A stretch of DNA of 63,199 nucleotides, counting the filler, from Octopus bimaculoides (lineage: Eukaryota), in NCBI RefSeq assembly GCF_001194135.2. It is 9 parts of 9 records of this genome, joined end to end, with 100 filler letters (N's around TTAATTAATTAA, not from the genome) between each part and the next. Parts side by side here need not be neighbours in the genome. Positions count along the whole stretch, not along the records: positions 49,924 to 59,313 come from NC_068985.1; positions 59,414 to 60,754 come from NW_026301736.1; positions 60,855 to 62,065 come from NW_026420289.1; positions 62,166 to 63,199 come from NC_068988.1; 5 more parts are not named here. One strand, given 5' to 3'. The notes beneath the pieces were generated by a model that was given only the letters and a program-made list of their open reading frames with translations, was not told where the DNA came from and ran no database searches. A program made the position numbers and the translations under genes. Positions 52,216 to 63,199 of the stretch are shown here, in pieces (position 1 is the first letter of the stretch; each line of letters begins with the position of its first letter).

Positions 52216-52720
52216 ATGACGTTTGATACAGGAGTTGAAGTACTCGAGTTGTTTTATAAAAATGGTGTAAATATAATGGCGAATTTACGTGCCAACAAAA
52301 CTAAACATGATCAACGTAGTGATCCATTTATAGCAGAAGCTATTACAAATTATAAAGAAAAATTCAAAAAAAAAAAAAACAGTCCGTACACAAACCTTCT
52401 CCGACTGGTCGACCTTCACGCGAACAAAACAAAAAATGGAAATCTATCATAAACATTGGAAGAAGTGTAAAATTCAAATGTAATTGGCCGTGCGAGTTCC
52501 AGTTCTGTAAATAGCGTTTATGGCATCCCCAAACGAGGCCTATGCAGATTATTCCTTCCATTTCAGTAGATTTCGACCATACACAATATTTTGCTGCAAT
52601 TAATTACACGTGAAGTAAAGAATTTTCCCCGGGTGGATTCTAAATAATCAAGTCTTGCTTAAATGATATTTTGGGGGTCATATGAACCATGTATTTCTCT
52701 AAGTGCTTTGCTTAATCGCT
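52216..52720 (+). mobile_element. Decayed Tc1-like transposase N-terminus (DUF4817-type)
   Basis: MTFDTGVEVLELFYKN...LRANKTKHDQRSDPFIAEAITNYKEKF, frameshifted SGRPSREQ, SVYGIPKRGLCR. Confidence 0.65.
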
Positions 52721-52890
52721 TTCGTTGTATTGTTTCTTCTCGTGTTAAGTCGTTTTAGCATTTTTCAATAATTCTATAAAATAATTTTATTACTTCAAGT
52801 CCTGTGTCTAAAGTTTTCCAAAATAACCAAATTAATATAATATAAAAGAAAAAAATTAAAATTAAAATATATTTCTTCATTTCGTAAAAC

Positions 52891-53121
52891 TTACTCTTTT
52901 ACTTGTTTCTGTCATTTGACTGCGGCCATGCTGGAGCACCACCTTTAGTCGAGAAAATCGGTCCCAGGACTTATTCTTTGTAAGCCTAGTACTTATTCTA
53001 CGACGGGCTTCTTTCAGTTTCCGTCTACCAAATCCACTCACAAGGTGCCACGCAGTGGGACTGAACCAAAAACCATGTGGTTGGTAAGCAAGCTACTTAC
53101 CACACAGCCACTCCTGCGCCT
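52891..53121 (-). mobile_element. SINE family B, internally deleted
   Basis: Reverse complement of head (GGCGCAGGAGTGGCTGTGTGGTAAG, GGTTCAGTCCC B box) and tail (CAGCATGGCCGCAGTCAAATGAC). Confidence 0.9.
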
Positions 53122-53619
53122 ATAACTTATTAATTTATTGAATAACTTTTTGTACACGCTTTGTATGTGAAGCATTAAGTTTATTTGAACAAACTCCCTA
53201 CTCCCTAGATTCAATTATATAATATGTCCTTCTTCTAGGGAACTACCCTAGGCCACTGGTCCTATTAATGTTACGCTTTTGTTGTCGCAGTTGGTTTGTC
53301 CCAGGCCATCCCTGATTGAGCAGATCTATGATCTAAAACATTCGATCTGGGAACATTGTCTTTTGTTTCACAGTGTATCTAGGGCTACATTACTGAACGT
53401 GTCCTTCGATTTTCGCACAGTAGGGCATGCTATGAAAATGTGGCTGCTATTAGTAGAAAGTCGAAAGATTATGTAAAGCTTGCTATTATTTTTCTTGTTT
53501 AGAATCCGTTCAGTTCACATCCAGCAGACTCAGGGTCAAGAATGTATCAACCATGACACACCAGTTCTGTTTTTTTCTTAAAAATATAAATATCGTATCC
53601 ATGAGACTACGCTCTAACT

Positions 53620-53846
53620 ATACTCTTTCTGTTCTTTCTTTCTTTCCTTCTTCCCCTCTTTATTTCTTTCTTTCTTCCTTTCCTCCTTCATTCCTTCCTT
53701 CCTTTCTTTCTTCCTTTCCTTTCTTTCTTTCTTCCTTCCTTTCCTTTCTTTCTTCCTTTCCTTTCTTTCTTCCTTTCCTTTCTTTTTTCCGTCTTCCTTT
53801 CTTCCTTCCTTCCTTCCTTCTTTCCTTTCCTTTCCTTTCCTTTCCT

Positions 53847-53890
<44 letters not shown>

Positions 53891-54080
53891 TCCTTTCTTT
53901 CTTTCTTCCTTTCCTTTCTTTCTTCCTTTCCTTTCTTTTTTCCGTCTTCCTTTCTTCCTTCCTTCCTTCTTTTTTTTCTTTCTTTCTTTCTTTCTCCTAT
54001 CCTTCCTTCCTTCCTTCCTTCCTTCCTTCCTTCCTTCCTTCCTTCCTTCCTTCCTTCCTTCCTTTTCTTTCTTTCTTTCT
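53620..54080. repeat. Polypyrimidine (CTTT/CCTT)n tract with an internal ~80-150-bp duplication
   Basis: TTTTTTCCGTCTTCCTTTCTTCC occurs twice; source of the F/L/S and K/E/R pseudo-ORFs. Confidence 0.95.
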
Positions 54081-55188
54081 TAACGTGGTACCTGTGTGAG
54101 TTTGGTGTTATTTCTAGCAGATCAAAGACTCTCGTAGATGTCTTTGTAGATGCGTCAATCAAACGGCCGATACCTCTAGGATAGGATCGATACCAACCAA
54201 ACTGACATTTGGCTCAAGCTGGAAACAATTTGCAACAACTTCACCATAATATTAGCAGCACTTGCAAAGATCATAGCCCCTACTCCCTCTTCCTCGAAAG
54301 CGGATAAAATAGGATTTGCACTCCAACCTCGTAAAACCTTCACCAACAACAACTACCTGAACAGACCCATGGAGGTTTTGTCGTCTGTGTGGTGCAAGGT
54401 GTCACCCGCCAAGAGTAGCAAGGAATCACCAACAAGCAGTGGATACAGTTACGCACTGTTACAGCACATTCCCCCGTAGTAGTAGTAGTAGTAATAGCAA
54501 TGGTGGTCGTGGTGGTGGTCGTGGTGGTGGTCGTGGTGGTGGTTGTGGTCGTGGTGGTGCTACTACTACTACTACTACTACTTCCCCTCTTCTCGAAGAC
54601 AAAGATGGCCAAGAGCTTTAAACTACATCGTATCCATTGTATAGTCTACTTTAACATTGAGCTTCGCTCTCTCTCTCTCCGTCATCAATATTCCAGCTGC
54701 GACCAGCGAAGAAAGACAGAAAGTAGTGTTCAGAAATATGCAATTCTCGAGAGAAAGACTTCTGAAATGGTTTAGTTTAGTGCTGGATAAGGTAGCGATG
54801 AAGCATAATAAGAGTAGTGGGAGGAAGGAAGTTGAATGTAACATGTGGGTTAAGGAAGAGGAGGTCGAGTGTCAGCAGGGAAGCTGGGATTACTGTTGTG
54901 GAGGAGACTGTGGGAATGGCTATATTTTAATTAAGAAACTAGCTATTGTTTACTCATCAATCTGTCAGCGTCCTTTTAAGAATGGATTGAAATATGCACA
55001 TGTTTCAGGTTAATGCAACAACTCAGAACAGCGAATGGTATTATAGCGTATTTTAAAGTTTAGTATTAAGTTAGCGAATGTTTAATGTTGGAGTATTATC
55101 TGACTGTAAGAATGAAAACCAGGCAAAATGCTATTTTAATTGAAAATAGCAGCATTAACGCCAAACGGTGATTAGGAATAAATGGACT

Positions 55189-55516
55189 TTAGATTAGTTA
55201 AAACATGTTTGTGACATATTTTAACTTCTAAAGGCAAATTTACTGCTGCACTTATTATGGAGAAAAAAAAATCTCTCTTATGGTAAAAGGTGTTAAAAAG
55301 CTATATATCTACCTGGTGCTTCTCTCTAAAGGTATTTCCCGTTGAGGAAGGCTAAAGAGCCAGAAAAACGCATCTGAGAGTCCGCTGGATGTAAGCACTG
55401 GGCAGATAGTATTTTTACACCTTTTACCATCAGAGAGAAATTTTTCTCCATGGTAACTACAGTGAATTTACCTTCAGAAGTTAGAATATGTCTCAAAAAT
55501 ATTTTAACTAACCTAA
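55189..55516. repeat. Old fold-back inverted repeat (~130-bp arms) with a hammerhead-like remnant in the 71-nt loop
   Basis: 55189-55321 versus the reverse complement of 55393-55516, roughly 75-80% identical by eye (e.g. ATGGTAAAAGGTGT / ACACCTTTTACCAT). Confidence 0.85.
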
Positions 55517-55746
55517 AATGCAGCTATTTTGATTATATACTATAAACCTGGATCAGTGCAGAATGAAATCTGATGCTCTAACCGTTAGTAACTCTACGTC
55601 GTGTAATAACTTGAATAGAGGTTATGTGTGATGGAAGAGAAGGCAGTTTTGCGGGCTTCATGAGCCTAAGTTGTGAATAATGCTATGTAAGATGTTTAGA
55701 CAAGTCTGCTTAGACCCTTATTGCAGCCCCTATTTGTTCCATGTAC

Positions 55747-55805
<59 letters not shown>

Positions 55806-55851
55806 CATTATATGCATAAGCATGTATATATATACGTGTGTGCGCGCGCGC

Positions 55852-55904
<53 letters not shown>

Positions 55905-56683
55905 TATGTATTTTTAGAAGTAAAAATAAAGCAGGACTGAAATACAGAGACAGAAAGTGTGAATTCGAAGGAGATACTCCTGAATCAAAAAACAGAATTT
56001 TTTCAGGAATTCCACTCCACTCTTATATCTTTGAGCCATCTTACTGTTTGAGTTGTCTCACCGAAATGGCTTCGGATACACTTGAACGAGGTTTCATTTG
56101 GGAGACATCTTCCGTAGGAATGTCCCTTGCAAGACATTGTAAAATGTTCGCAAAGTTCAAATGTACTTTTTGGTTATCTCACGTCCATTAGAAAAAATGG
56201 GTTATCTCCTCAGGTTTTATGAGAAATATCGGTACTTTTGAGTATCCCATTCAACTAAAAACATTGTTTAACCCTCAATAAAACAAAACAAAAGCAAAAG
56301 TGAAAAGATGAAACGTCTTGCTGAATCTGATATTTTCATAACGAATCATAGAAAACTGAAAAGATTAATAAACATGAAAACTGAAAAAAATTAAGCATCT
56401 TATTGAATCTGATAATATTTTTATAACAAATCATGCTATGGCTATTGAGGAGGTCAAACATCAACAACGTGTTGATGTATTGAATCAAAAGGATCTGACT
56501 CTTTTAATCCAATCTCTTGCCACCACATTAACTCGATTTTTTAGTGAGGAGATAACCCAGTTTTTTAAATGGGAGTGAGGTAACCAAAAGTACCAGTTCA
56601 AGCACTTATATATTGCTTTTATTCTTGTTACTACGGAGATGTACTTGCATAGCAAGTGACCTGATCTGAGATCGTGTGCTGAA

Positions 56684-56976
56684 ACAAAAACAATTGCAGC
56701 GTGGAGGGTGTTTATAAGCCATTTCAAGACACAAAAAAACCGTCAGAGTCACTTCAATATTTAAATTTAATTTGTCGAAATATTTTCGTTGCTTTGAAAC
56801 CGCGACCTGTTCACTGACAAAAGGATGCAGCACGGAATTTTGTCAGTGAACAGGTCGCGGTTTCAAAACAACGAAAATATTTTGACAAATTAAATTTAAA
56901 TATTGAAGTGACTCTCACGGTTTTTTCTGTGTTTTAAATGGCATATAAACACCTTCCACGCTGCAATTGTTTTTGT
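56684..56976. repeat. Fold-back inverted repeat, 139-bp arms (~8 differences), 15-nt loop
   Basis: 56684-56822 is the reverse complement of 56838-56976; loop GGATGCAGCACGGAA. Confidence 0.96.
56839..56889 (+). ncRNA. Candidate minimal type I hammerhead ribozyme variant (G3-C8); mirror copy on the - strand at ~56771-56821
   Basis: TTTGTCA (stem I) - GTGAACA (core) - G - GTCGC..ACAAC (stem II, eroded) - GAAA - ATAT-T-T (stem III and H17) - TGACAAA (stem I'). Confidence 0.4.
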
Positions 56977-57802
56977 ATTCATGTTATTGTTTTTGTTTAA
57001 CTCCAGCTCAGTTCTGATCTAGCGGACTTACAATTTGAGACATTACAGCCGTGACCAAACCGCCTTTATATTACAATGTCCGTTCTTGGCTATAGCATAC
57101 AATCTGTCCTCCATTTTTTAGTGGGTAGATTGTGGTTTCTGAAGGTGTCATTGTTATAACTGAAACGAGAACTAACCTTGTTGAGGCTTTCTTTCAATGT
57201 TTTGTTGATGCCACTGTAGTGTTCAAGGGCAAGAAAGCGAAGCTCGGTGAACGTAAGATAATAAATGTCGAGAATTCACACTTGCAGTCGTCAAGGAGAA
57301 AATGAGAATGAAGCAGGTGTTGAAGGTCAATTTTAGGTCACCATCAAATTTGAAACACTGGTGAGGAAAGAGTTTGTCTTTCACAAAGATAAGACACTCT
57401 GTGGCTTATTTGCTGTTGCCACCATACCCTCTCCCGCCATAACTGTCACCTCAGGTGTTTCTACCACTGGAGTATTACTCATTGCTGTTGTCATCGTTAG
57501 CAAATTTATTGTAAACCGACTTTGCCCTGTCATCAAAAATACACAGCCTGTAAAGGAACATTTATAAGGCTGTTAAGACAGCTAGAAATACAAGTAAAAT
57601 GTCCATGAAATCACGGTTTGCCATCTTTATAGAGGAAGGCTTGTCATTTGATGTAGTTTCCAAATGTATGCAGGTATGGCTACAATTCATGTCTTTCGAT
57701 GGATGCCAATTCTATCACTGGAGAAATGACTCTAAGCAATAACAAATATGTATACACGCACATATGCTAACATGTATACAAACAGACATACACATACACA
57801 CA

Positions 57803-57843
<41 letters not shown>

Positions 57844-59028
57844 TCTCTCTCCCTCTCTCACATATATATGCATACAGATTCACATTTATATAATTGGCTA
57901 AGTGGTAAGAAGTCTGCTTCATAATGTCCGGGCTGCAAAATCTTTTTTCTCCACGAGATTTCTGGACCCCAGTAATGAGCACATTTGCATACAGCCAATC
58001 AGAACTCACCTTGACCATGTCGAGTTAACAAACACACACTATCAAGTAGACTCAAGACGAAGAACAGTGTTCTAAGTCGACCGATCGCCAAGTTACGCCT
58101 GATTTTAGAAAGAGACAAGTAATTAGATAGACTTGCATCTAATACCTATTATCGAATTTTGTTAGGGACCCATATGGTAAAGATGTGGATGGGAAAAATG
58201 TGGGTAGACGGTGATATGCTAACAACCCTCTGCCCTTACTGTTTTACAAAGTAAACAACGACACAAACATCTTGGCAAACAGGACACAGTCGTGTGTCGA
58301 TAAGCCAGCTGGAGGAGATGTCCTCCTGGGGCTAAAAGCAACAGTAACATCCACCCCAAGGGGTCAGCCACACTTAAGTGGCAATATACTACACTTTATC
58401 GTGCAGTTACTGTTAATACTTCATTTAGAGAATTAACATTGCTTGTTTTCACCTTTTCGATATCAGTGAAGAATTTCACTTGAAAAGAAGATATAAGATT
58501 GCCAGGTTTTTGTCTCTCTCACCAAGGTCAGCGGCTATCGGACGCCGACGAAGGGAAATAACCCTGANNNNNNNNNNNNNNNNNNNNNNNNNNNNNNNNN
58601 NNNNNNNNNNNNNNNNNNNNNNNNNNNNNNNNNNNNNNNNNNNNNNNNNNNNNNNNNNNNNNNNNNNNNNNNNNNNNNNNNNNNNNNNNNNNNNNNNNNN
58701 NNNNNNNNNNNNNNNNNNNNNNNNNNNNNNNNNNNNNNNNNNNNNNNNNNNNNNNNNNNNNNNNNNNNNNNNNNNNNNNNNNNNNNNNNNNNNNNNNNNN
58801 NNNNNNNNNNNNNNNNNNNNNNNNNNNNNNNNNNNNNNNNNNNNNNNNNNNNNNNNNNNNNNNNNNNNNNNNNNNNNNNNNNNNNNNNNNNNNNNNNNNN
58901 NNNNNNNNNNNNNNNNNNNNNNNNNNNNNNNNNNNNNNNNNNNNNNNNNNNNNNNNNNNNNNNNNNNNNNNNNNNNNNNNNNNNNNNNNNNNNNNNNNNN
59001 NNNNNNNNNNNNNNNNNNNNNNNNNNGG

Positions 59029-59059
<31 letters not shown>

Positions 59060-59087
59060 TAGAGATGGATAGATGGATAGATGGATG

Positions 59088-59127
<40 letters not shown>

Positions 59128-59253
59128 TAAACAGATATATCAATGTGTACATATACATATATGCAAACATGCATCACTCACACATAGAAACATTCTCCCG
59201 CATTGTGAGAGAGATGTATCCGCGCGCATGCACACACATACGCATACACACAC

Positions 59254-59313
<60 letters not shown>

Positions 59314-59413
59314 NNNNNNNNNNNNNNNNNNNNNNNNNNNNNNNNNNNNNNNNNNNNTTAATTAATTAANNNNNNNNNNNNNNNNNNNNNNNNNNNNNNN
59401 NNNNNNNNNNNNN
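59314..59413. other. Artificial scaffold spacer 6
   Basis: 44N-TTAATTAATTAA-44N. Confidence 0.97.
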
Positions 59414-59721
59414 TATGTATGTATGTATGTAAGCATGTATGTATGTATGTATGTATGTATGAAGACTATACTTATACATAAATATTCTCGTACATAAAAA
59501 ATCCATTTTTTCACAAATTCACACACAAGCGTCCGGGTATAAAAATGTATAGATAAGTAAAGTAGAAAATGGAACTTCGTCGATTTTAACGATGATTATT
59601 CTAGTTCTTTAATCCGTTGATCAGCTCCTCATCGTCTTAGAGTCTTAGCAGCTAAGTATCTTATAGTCACGTGGGCCCCTATTCTAAACCTCATGCAAAA
59701 TCAGCACGACTTGGTATGAGA

Positions 59722-60100
59722 AAGGCGACGAGCTGGCAGAAACGTTAGCACGCCGGGCGAAATGCTTAATGGTACTTCGCCTGTCTTTACGTTCTGAGTT
59801 CAAATTCCGCCGAGGTCGACTTTGCCTTTCATCCTTTCGGAGTCGATAAATTAAGTACCAGTTACGCACTGGGGTCGATGTAATCGACTTAATCCTTTTG
59901 TCTGTCCTTGTTTGCCCCCTCTATGTTTAGCCCCTTGTGGGCAATAAAAGAAATAAGAAACGTTGGTACACCGGGCGAAATGCTTAGCGGTAATTTGTCT
60001 GCCGCTATGTTCTGAGTTCAAATTCCGTCGAGGTCGACTTTGCCTTTCATCCTTTCGGGGTCGATAAATTAAGTACCAGCTGCGTACTGAGGTCGATCTA
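59722..60100 (+). mobile_element. Dimeric SINE family A (young)
   Basis: Full monomer 59722-59958 is fused via AAGAAATAAGAAACGTT to a second monomer lacking its first ~13 nt. Confidence 0.9.
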
Positions 60101-60195
60101 AAAGTAGATACTGACGATCTTACCTACTTAGTCGGATTGAACGCAGTACCTTGAGATTGCGAAGAGCACTTCTTGACTCCTCAATAAACACATTT

Positions 60196-60357
60196 GGTGC
60201 AGGCATGGCTGTGTAGTTAATGAAGCATGTTTTACAACCATGTGGCATCGGGTTCAGAATCGCTACATGGCACCTTGAGCAAGTGTTTTCTGCTGTAGCC
60301 TCGGGCAGACAATTGTCTTGCAATTGAATTTGGTGAACGGAAACTGTGTGAAAACCC

Positions 60358-60412
<55 letters not shown>

Positions 60413-60660
60413 GTACGTGTGTGTGTGTCGTTGTCTCTCCTCTCCACTTGACAACCGCTGTTGGTTTGTTTACGTCTCCGTAAATTAGTGCTTCTGCATG
60501 AGACCGAAAGAATACGTAACAGACTGAAAAAAATAAATAAATGAAATAAAAAAGAACTACTCAAAACATTAGCACTGGGGTTGATTTGTTCGACTGAGAT
60601 CTTTCAAAGGAGTGCCCCAGCATGGTCGCAGTCCAATGACTGACATAAGTGAAAGATAAG
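60196..60660 (+). mobile_element. SINE family B with internal (GATA)n/(GT)n
   Basis: GGTGCAGGCATGGCTGTGTAG head, GGGTTCAGAATC B box, GGCACCTTGAGCAAGTG core, CAGCATGGTCGCAGTCCAATGACTG tail. Confidence 0.85.
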
Positions 60661-60754
60661 GATGAAGATAAACATACAAGCAAACACTTACATACATTCA
60701 CAACCACCCACCCACGAATATATATGTGTGTGTGTATGTGCGTATATGTATATA

Positions 60755-60854
60755 NNNNNNNNNNNNNNNNNNNNNNNNNNNNNNNNNNNNNNNNNNNNTT
60801 AATTAATTAANNNNNNNNNNNNNNNNNNNNNNNNNNNNNNNNNNNNNNNNNNNN
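60755..60854. other. Artificial scaffold spacer 7
   Basis: 44N-TTAATTAATTAA-44N. Confidence 0.97.
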
Positions 60855-60870
60855 TCTGATGTTCACAGAG

Positions 60871-61196
60871 TTGAATTTTTGAATTTCTGATTTTTTTTTT
60901 GAAAACGACGAAAAAATGAAGGTTAGTGACAACCCAGCAGGACAACTGAAAAATAACTCTCAAAGACTTTAGTATCTACAATTTTGTGTGAAAGTTTCAT
61001 CATTTTTCCCCCTGACTACCTGAATATGTAAATATACCATTTATTGCAACAACGCAATCAAATGCACGAAAAAAAATTAAGGAGGTAAGCACCCGTCAAT
61101 ATATAGAAACTGCACAATTACAAACATTGTAAACCACCTTAAACTTATAAAAAGAAAAGAAAACTTTTTTTAAAAATCAGAAATTCAAAAATTCAA
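60871..61196. mobile_element. Probable MITE bounded by a perfect 25-bp inverted repeat
   Basis: TTGAATTTTTGAATTTCTGATTTTT (60871-60895) / AAAAATCAGAAATTCAAAAATTCAA (61172-61196); non-coding interior. Confidence 0.6.
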
Positions 61197-61286
61197 TTAT
61201 TATTATGATTATTATTATTATTATTGTTATTATTATTATTGTTATTATTATTATTGTTATTATTATTATTGTTATTATTATTATTT

Positions 61287-61469
61287 ATTGAGTGAGAGAG
61301 CAGTGTATGCCATCAAAGTGACAATGGGGGAAAATATACGAAGCCCAGCATACCCATCATGATTACTCGTCAGATAAGAGTGCACCAGGCACATGCAACA
61401 CAAACAAGTGTGCGTGACATGGTTATCTCATATCAAGATAAACAGAATGTAACCTTGCAGGTGGGCCCC
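61287..61469 (-). mobile_element. 5'-truncated retroposon family E copy inside (TTA)n
   Basis: Matches only the 3' ~180 nt of 14343-14888; (TTA)n on both sides. Confidence 0.85.
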
Positions 61470-61542
<73 letters not shown>

Positions 61543-61578
61543 TAATTAATTAATTAATTAATTAATTAATCAATTAAT

Positions 61579-62010
61579 GCGGCGAGCTGGCAGAAACGTT
61601 AGCACACCGGGTGAAATGCTTAGCGGTATTTCGTCTACCGTTACGTTCTGAGTTCAAATTCCGCCGAGGTCGACTTTGCCTTTCATCCTTTCGGGGTCGA
61701 TAAATTAAGTACCAGTTACGTACTGGGGTCGATGTAATCGACTTAATCCCTTTATTTATCCTTGTTTGTCCCTTCTATGTTTAGCCGTTTGTGGGCAATA
61801 AAGAAATAAGAATCGTTAGCACACCAAGAAAATGCTTGGCGGTATTTCTCCCGTCTTTACGTTCTGAATTCAAAATCCTCCGAGCTTGATTTTACCTTTC
61901 ATCCATTTGGGATCGAGAAATTAAGTATCAGTAAACACTGGGGTCGATGTAATCAACTAGTCTCCAAGATTTCCAAGATCTCCAAGATTTGTGCCTTTAG
62001 TAGAGAATAT
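61579..62010 (+). mobile_element. Dimeric SINE family A
   Basis: Same two-monomer junction (AAGAAATAAGAATCGTTAGCAC) as 59722-60100. Confidence 0.9.
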
Positions 62011-62065
62011 TATTTTTATTATTATTATTATTATTATTACTGTTCAGTAGTTTTATTTTTATAAC

Positions 62066-62165
62066 NNNNNNNNNNNNNNNNNNNNNNNNNNNNNNNNNNN
62101 NNNNNNNNNTTAATTAATTAANNNNNNNNNNNNNNNNNNNNNNNNNNNNNNNNNNNNNNNNNNNN
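62066..62165. other. Artificial scaffold spacer 8
   Basis: 44N-TTAATTAATTAA-44N. Confidence 0.97.
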
Positions 62166-62499
62166 GTGTGTGTGTTAGCGTGTGTGAGCGTGTGTGTGGG
62201 TGTGTGTGTGTGTTAGCGTGTGTGAGCGCGTGTGTGTGTGTGTGTGTGTGTGTGTTAGCGTGTGTTAGCGTGTGTGTACGTAGGTACGTGTCTGTCGACG
62301 GGTGAGAGGTCCCTGGCGGTATGCGCGTACACCAGGTAGGATAAATAAATATTTTCAACCGTCTATCAAGTACGTTTTCACACCTGTCGAGAGTTGTTGA
62401 TTGCCAAGGTGGTCGGGAAGTAAACGACGGCAAGCGCTGGGGAGGGGCGGATTCAACTTACGGAAACTAAATACGAAAAACAAAATAATAATAACAATA

Positions 62500-62692
62500 A
62501 TAATGATAGTAGTAGTAGTAGTAATGACAGTTCTTTCTACGAAAGGCGCAAGACCTGAAATTTTATATCGACTCCAGTTTTTCACCGAAAGGATGAAAGA
62601 CAGAGTCAACTCCGGCGGAATTTGAACTCGGAACGTAGCGACGGACAAAATGCCGCTAAACATCTTGCCCGACGTGCTAACGATTCTGCCAT
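62500..62692 (-). mobile_element. SINE family A
   Basis: Reverse complement of GGCAGAATCGTTAGCACGTCGGG...GAGTTCAAATTCCGCCGGAGTTGAC; internal core partly deleted. Confidence 0.85.
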
Positions 62693-63147
62693 GATGATGA
62701 TGATGATGATGATGACTACAGTAATAACTGCAAGAATTTGGAAACAACAAAACTTTGTGAAGAATCCAAAAGTGTAATGGCCGTTTTCATTCATTTCTTT
62801 ATTTATATATCTAATTATTTTTTTTATTTATTACTATTATTATTATTATTATTATTATTATTACTTTATGTACTTCGTGTTTCTTTTTTTTCTTTTTTTT
62901 TGCCTTTTTATTGCATTTCTTCCTACTTTTTTTGCCAAATGAACTCACTGACTTCCGGTTCGACATCTGTTGATATTTCTTTACAGAAGTAGACAATGCA
63001 GCGTAACAAGAGTGGCCATCTTTGTTTTACAAATGGGGGAAAAACTTTATAAATTCATGTTCGTTCGCATTTATTTTTCTTTACTGATGTCTCCTGTATA
63101 TTTCATGACTTCATTATATACATACGTACATATATACATATACACAT

Positions 63148-63199
<52 letters not shown>

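Noticed and set aside
57100-57560. Possible PLE N-terminal coding remnant next to the 56.7-kb fold-back
   Set aside because: No motif I can recognise with confidence; needs an HMM or tBLASTx search.
61539-61577. (TTAA)n run resembling the artificial spacer
   Set aside because: Not flanked by Ns and grades out of a (TTA)n tract, so it is a natural microsatellite.

Overview
This is AT-rich, microsatellite-saturated eukaryotic DNA, not a prokaryotic locus. The SINE and LINE families look like those of an octopus/cephalopod genome (inference from pattern recall, not a database hit). The window is not contiguous. Eight identical 100-nt spacers (44 N + TTAATTAATTAA + 44 N) join nine scaffolds: 1-22215, 22316-26422, 26523-37662, 37763-48392, 48493-49823, 49924-59313, 59414-60754, 60855-62065 and 62166-63199. 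Nine further N gaps lie inside scaffolds. Almost all ORF-track entries are microsatellite or N-run artefacts. Host coding sequence is limited to three phase-compatible 3' exons of an unidentified gene (27179-30631, +) and one isolated exon (49249-49389, -). The rest is decayed mobile DNA: Penelope-like elements (PLE), R4/Dong, RTE, CR1/L2-like and HERO-like LINE fragments, a Ty3/gypsy gag-protease remnant, Tc1/mariner relics, hAT MITEs and many tRNA-derived SINEs. The most interesting signal is three unrelated fold-back inverted repeats (1-99, 55189-55516, 56684-56976), each carrying a minimal hammerhead-ribozyme-like motif. One has the C3-G8 core pair swapped to G3-C8. None is shown to be active. 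No rRNA, genuine tRNA or CRISPR array was found.
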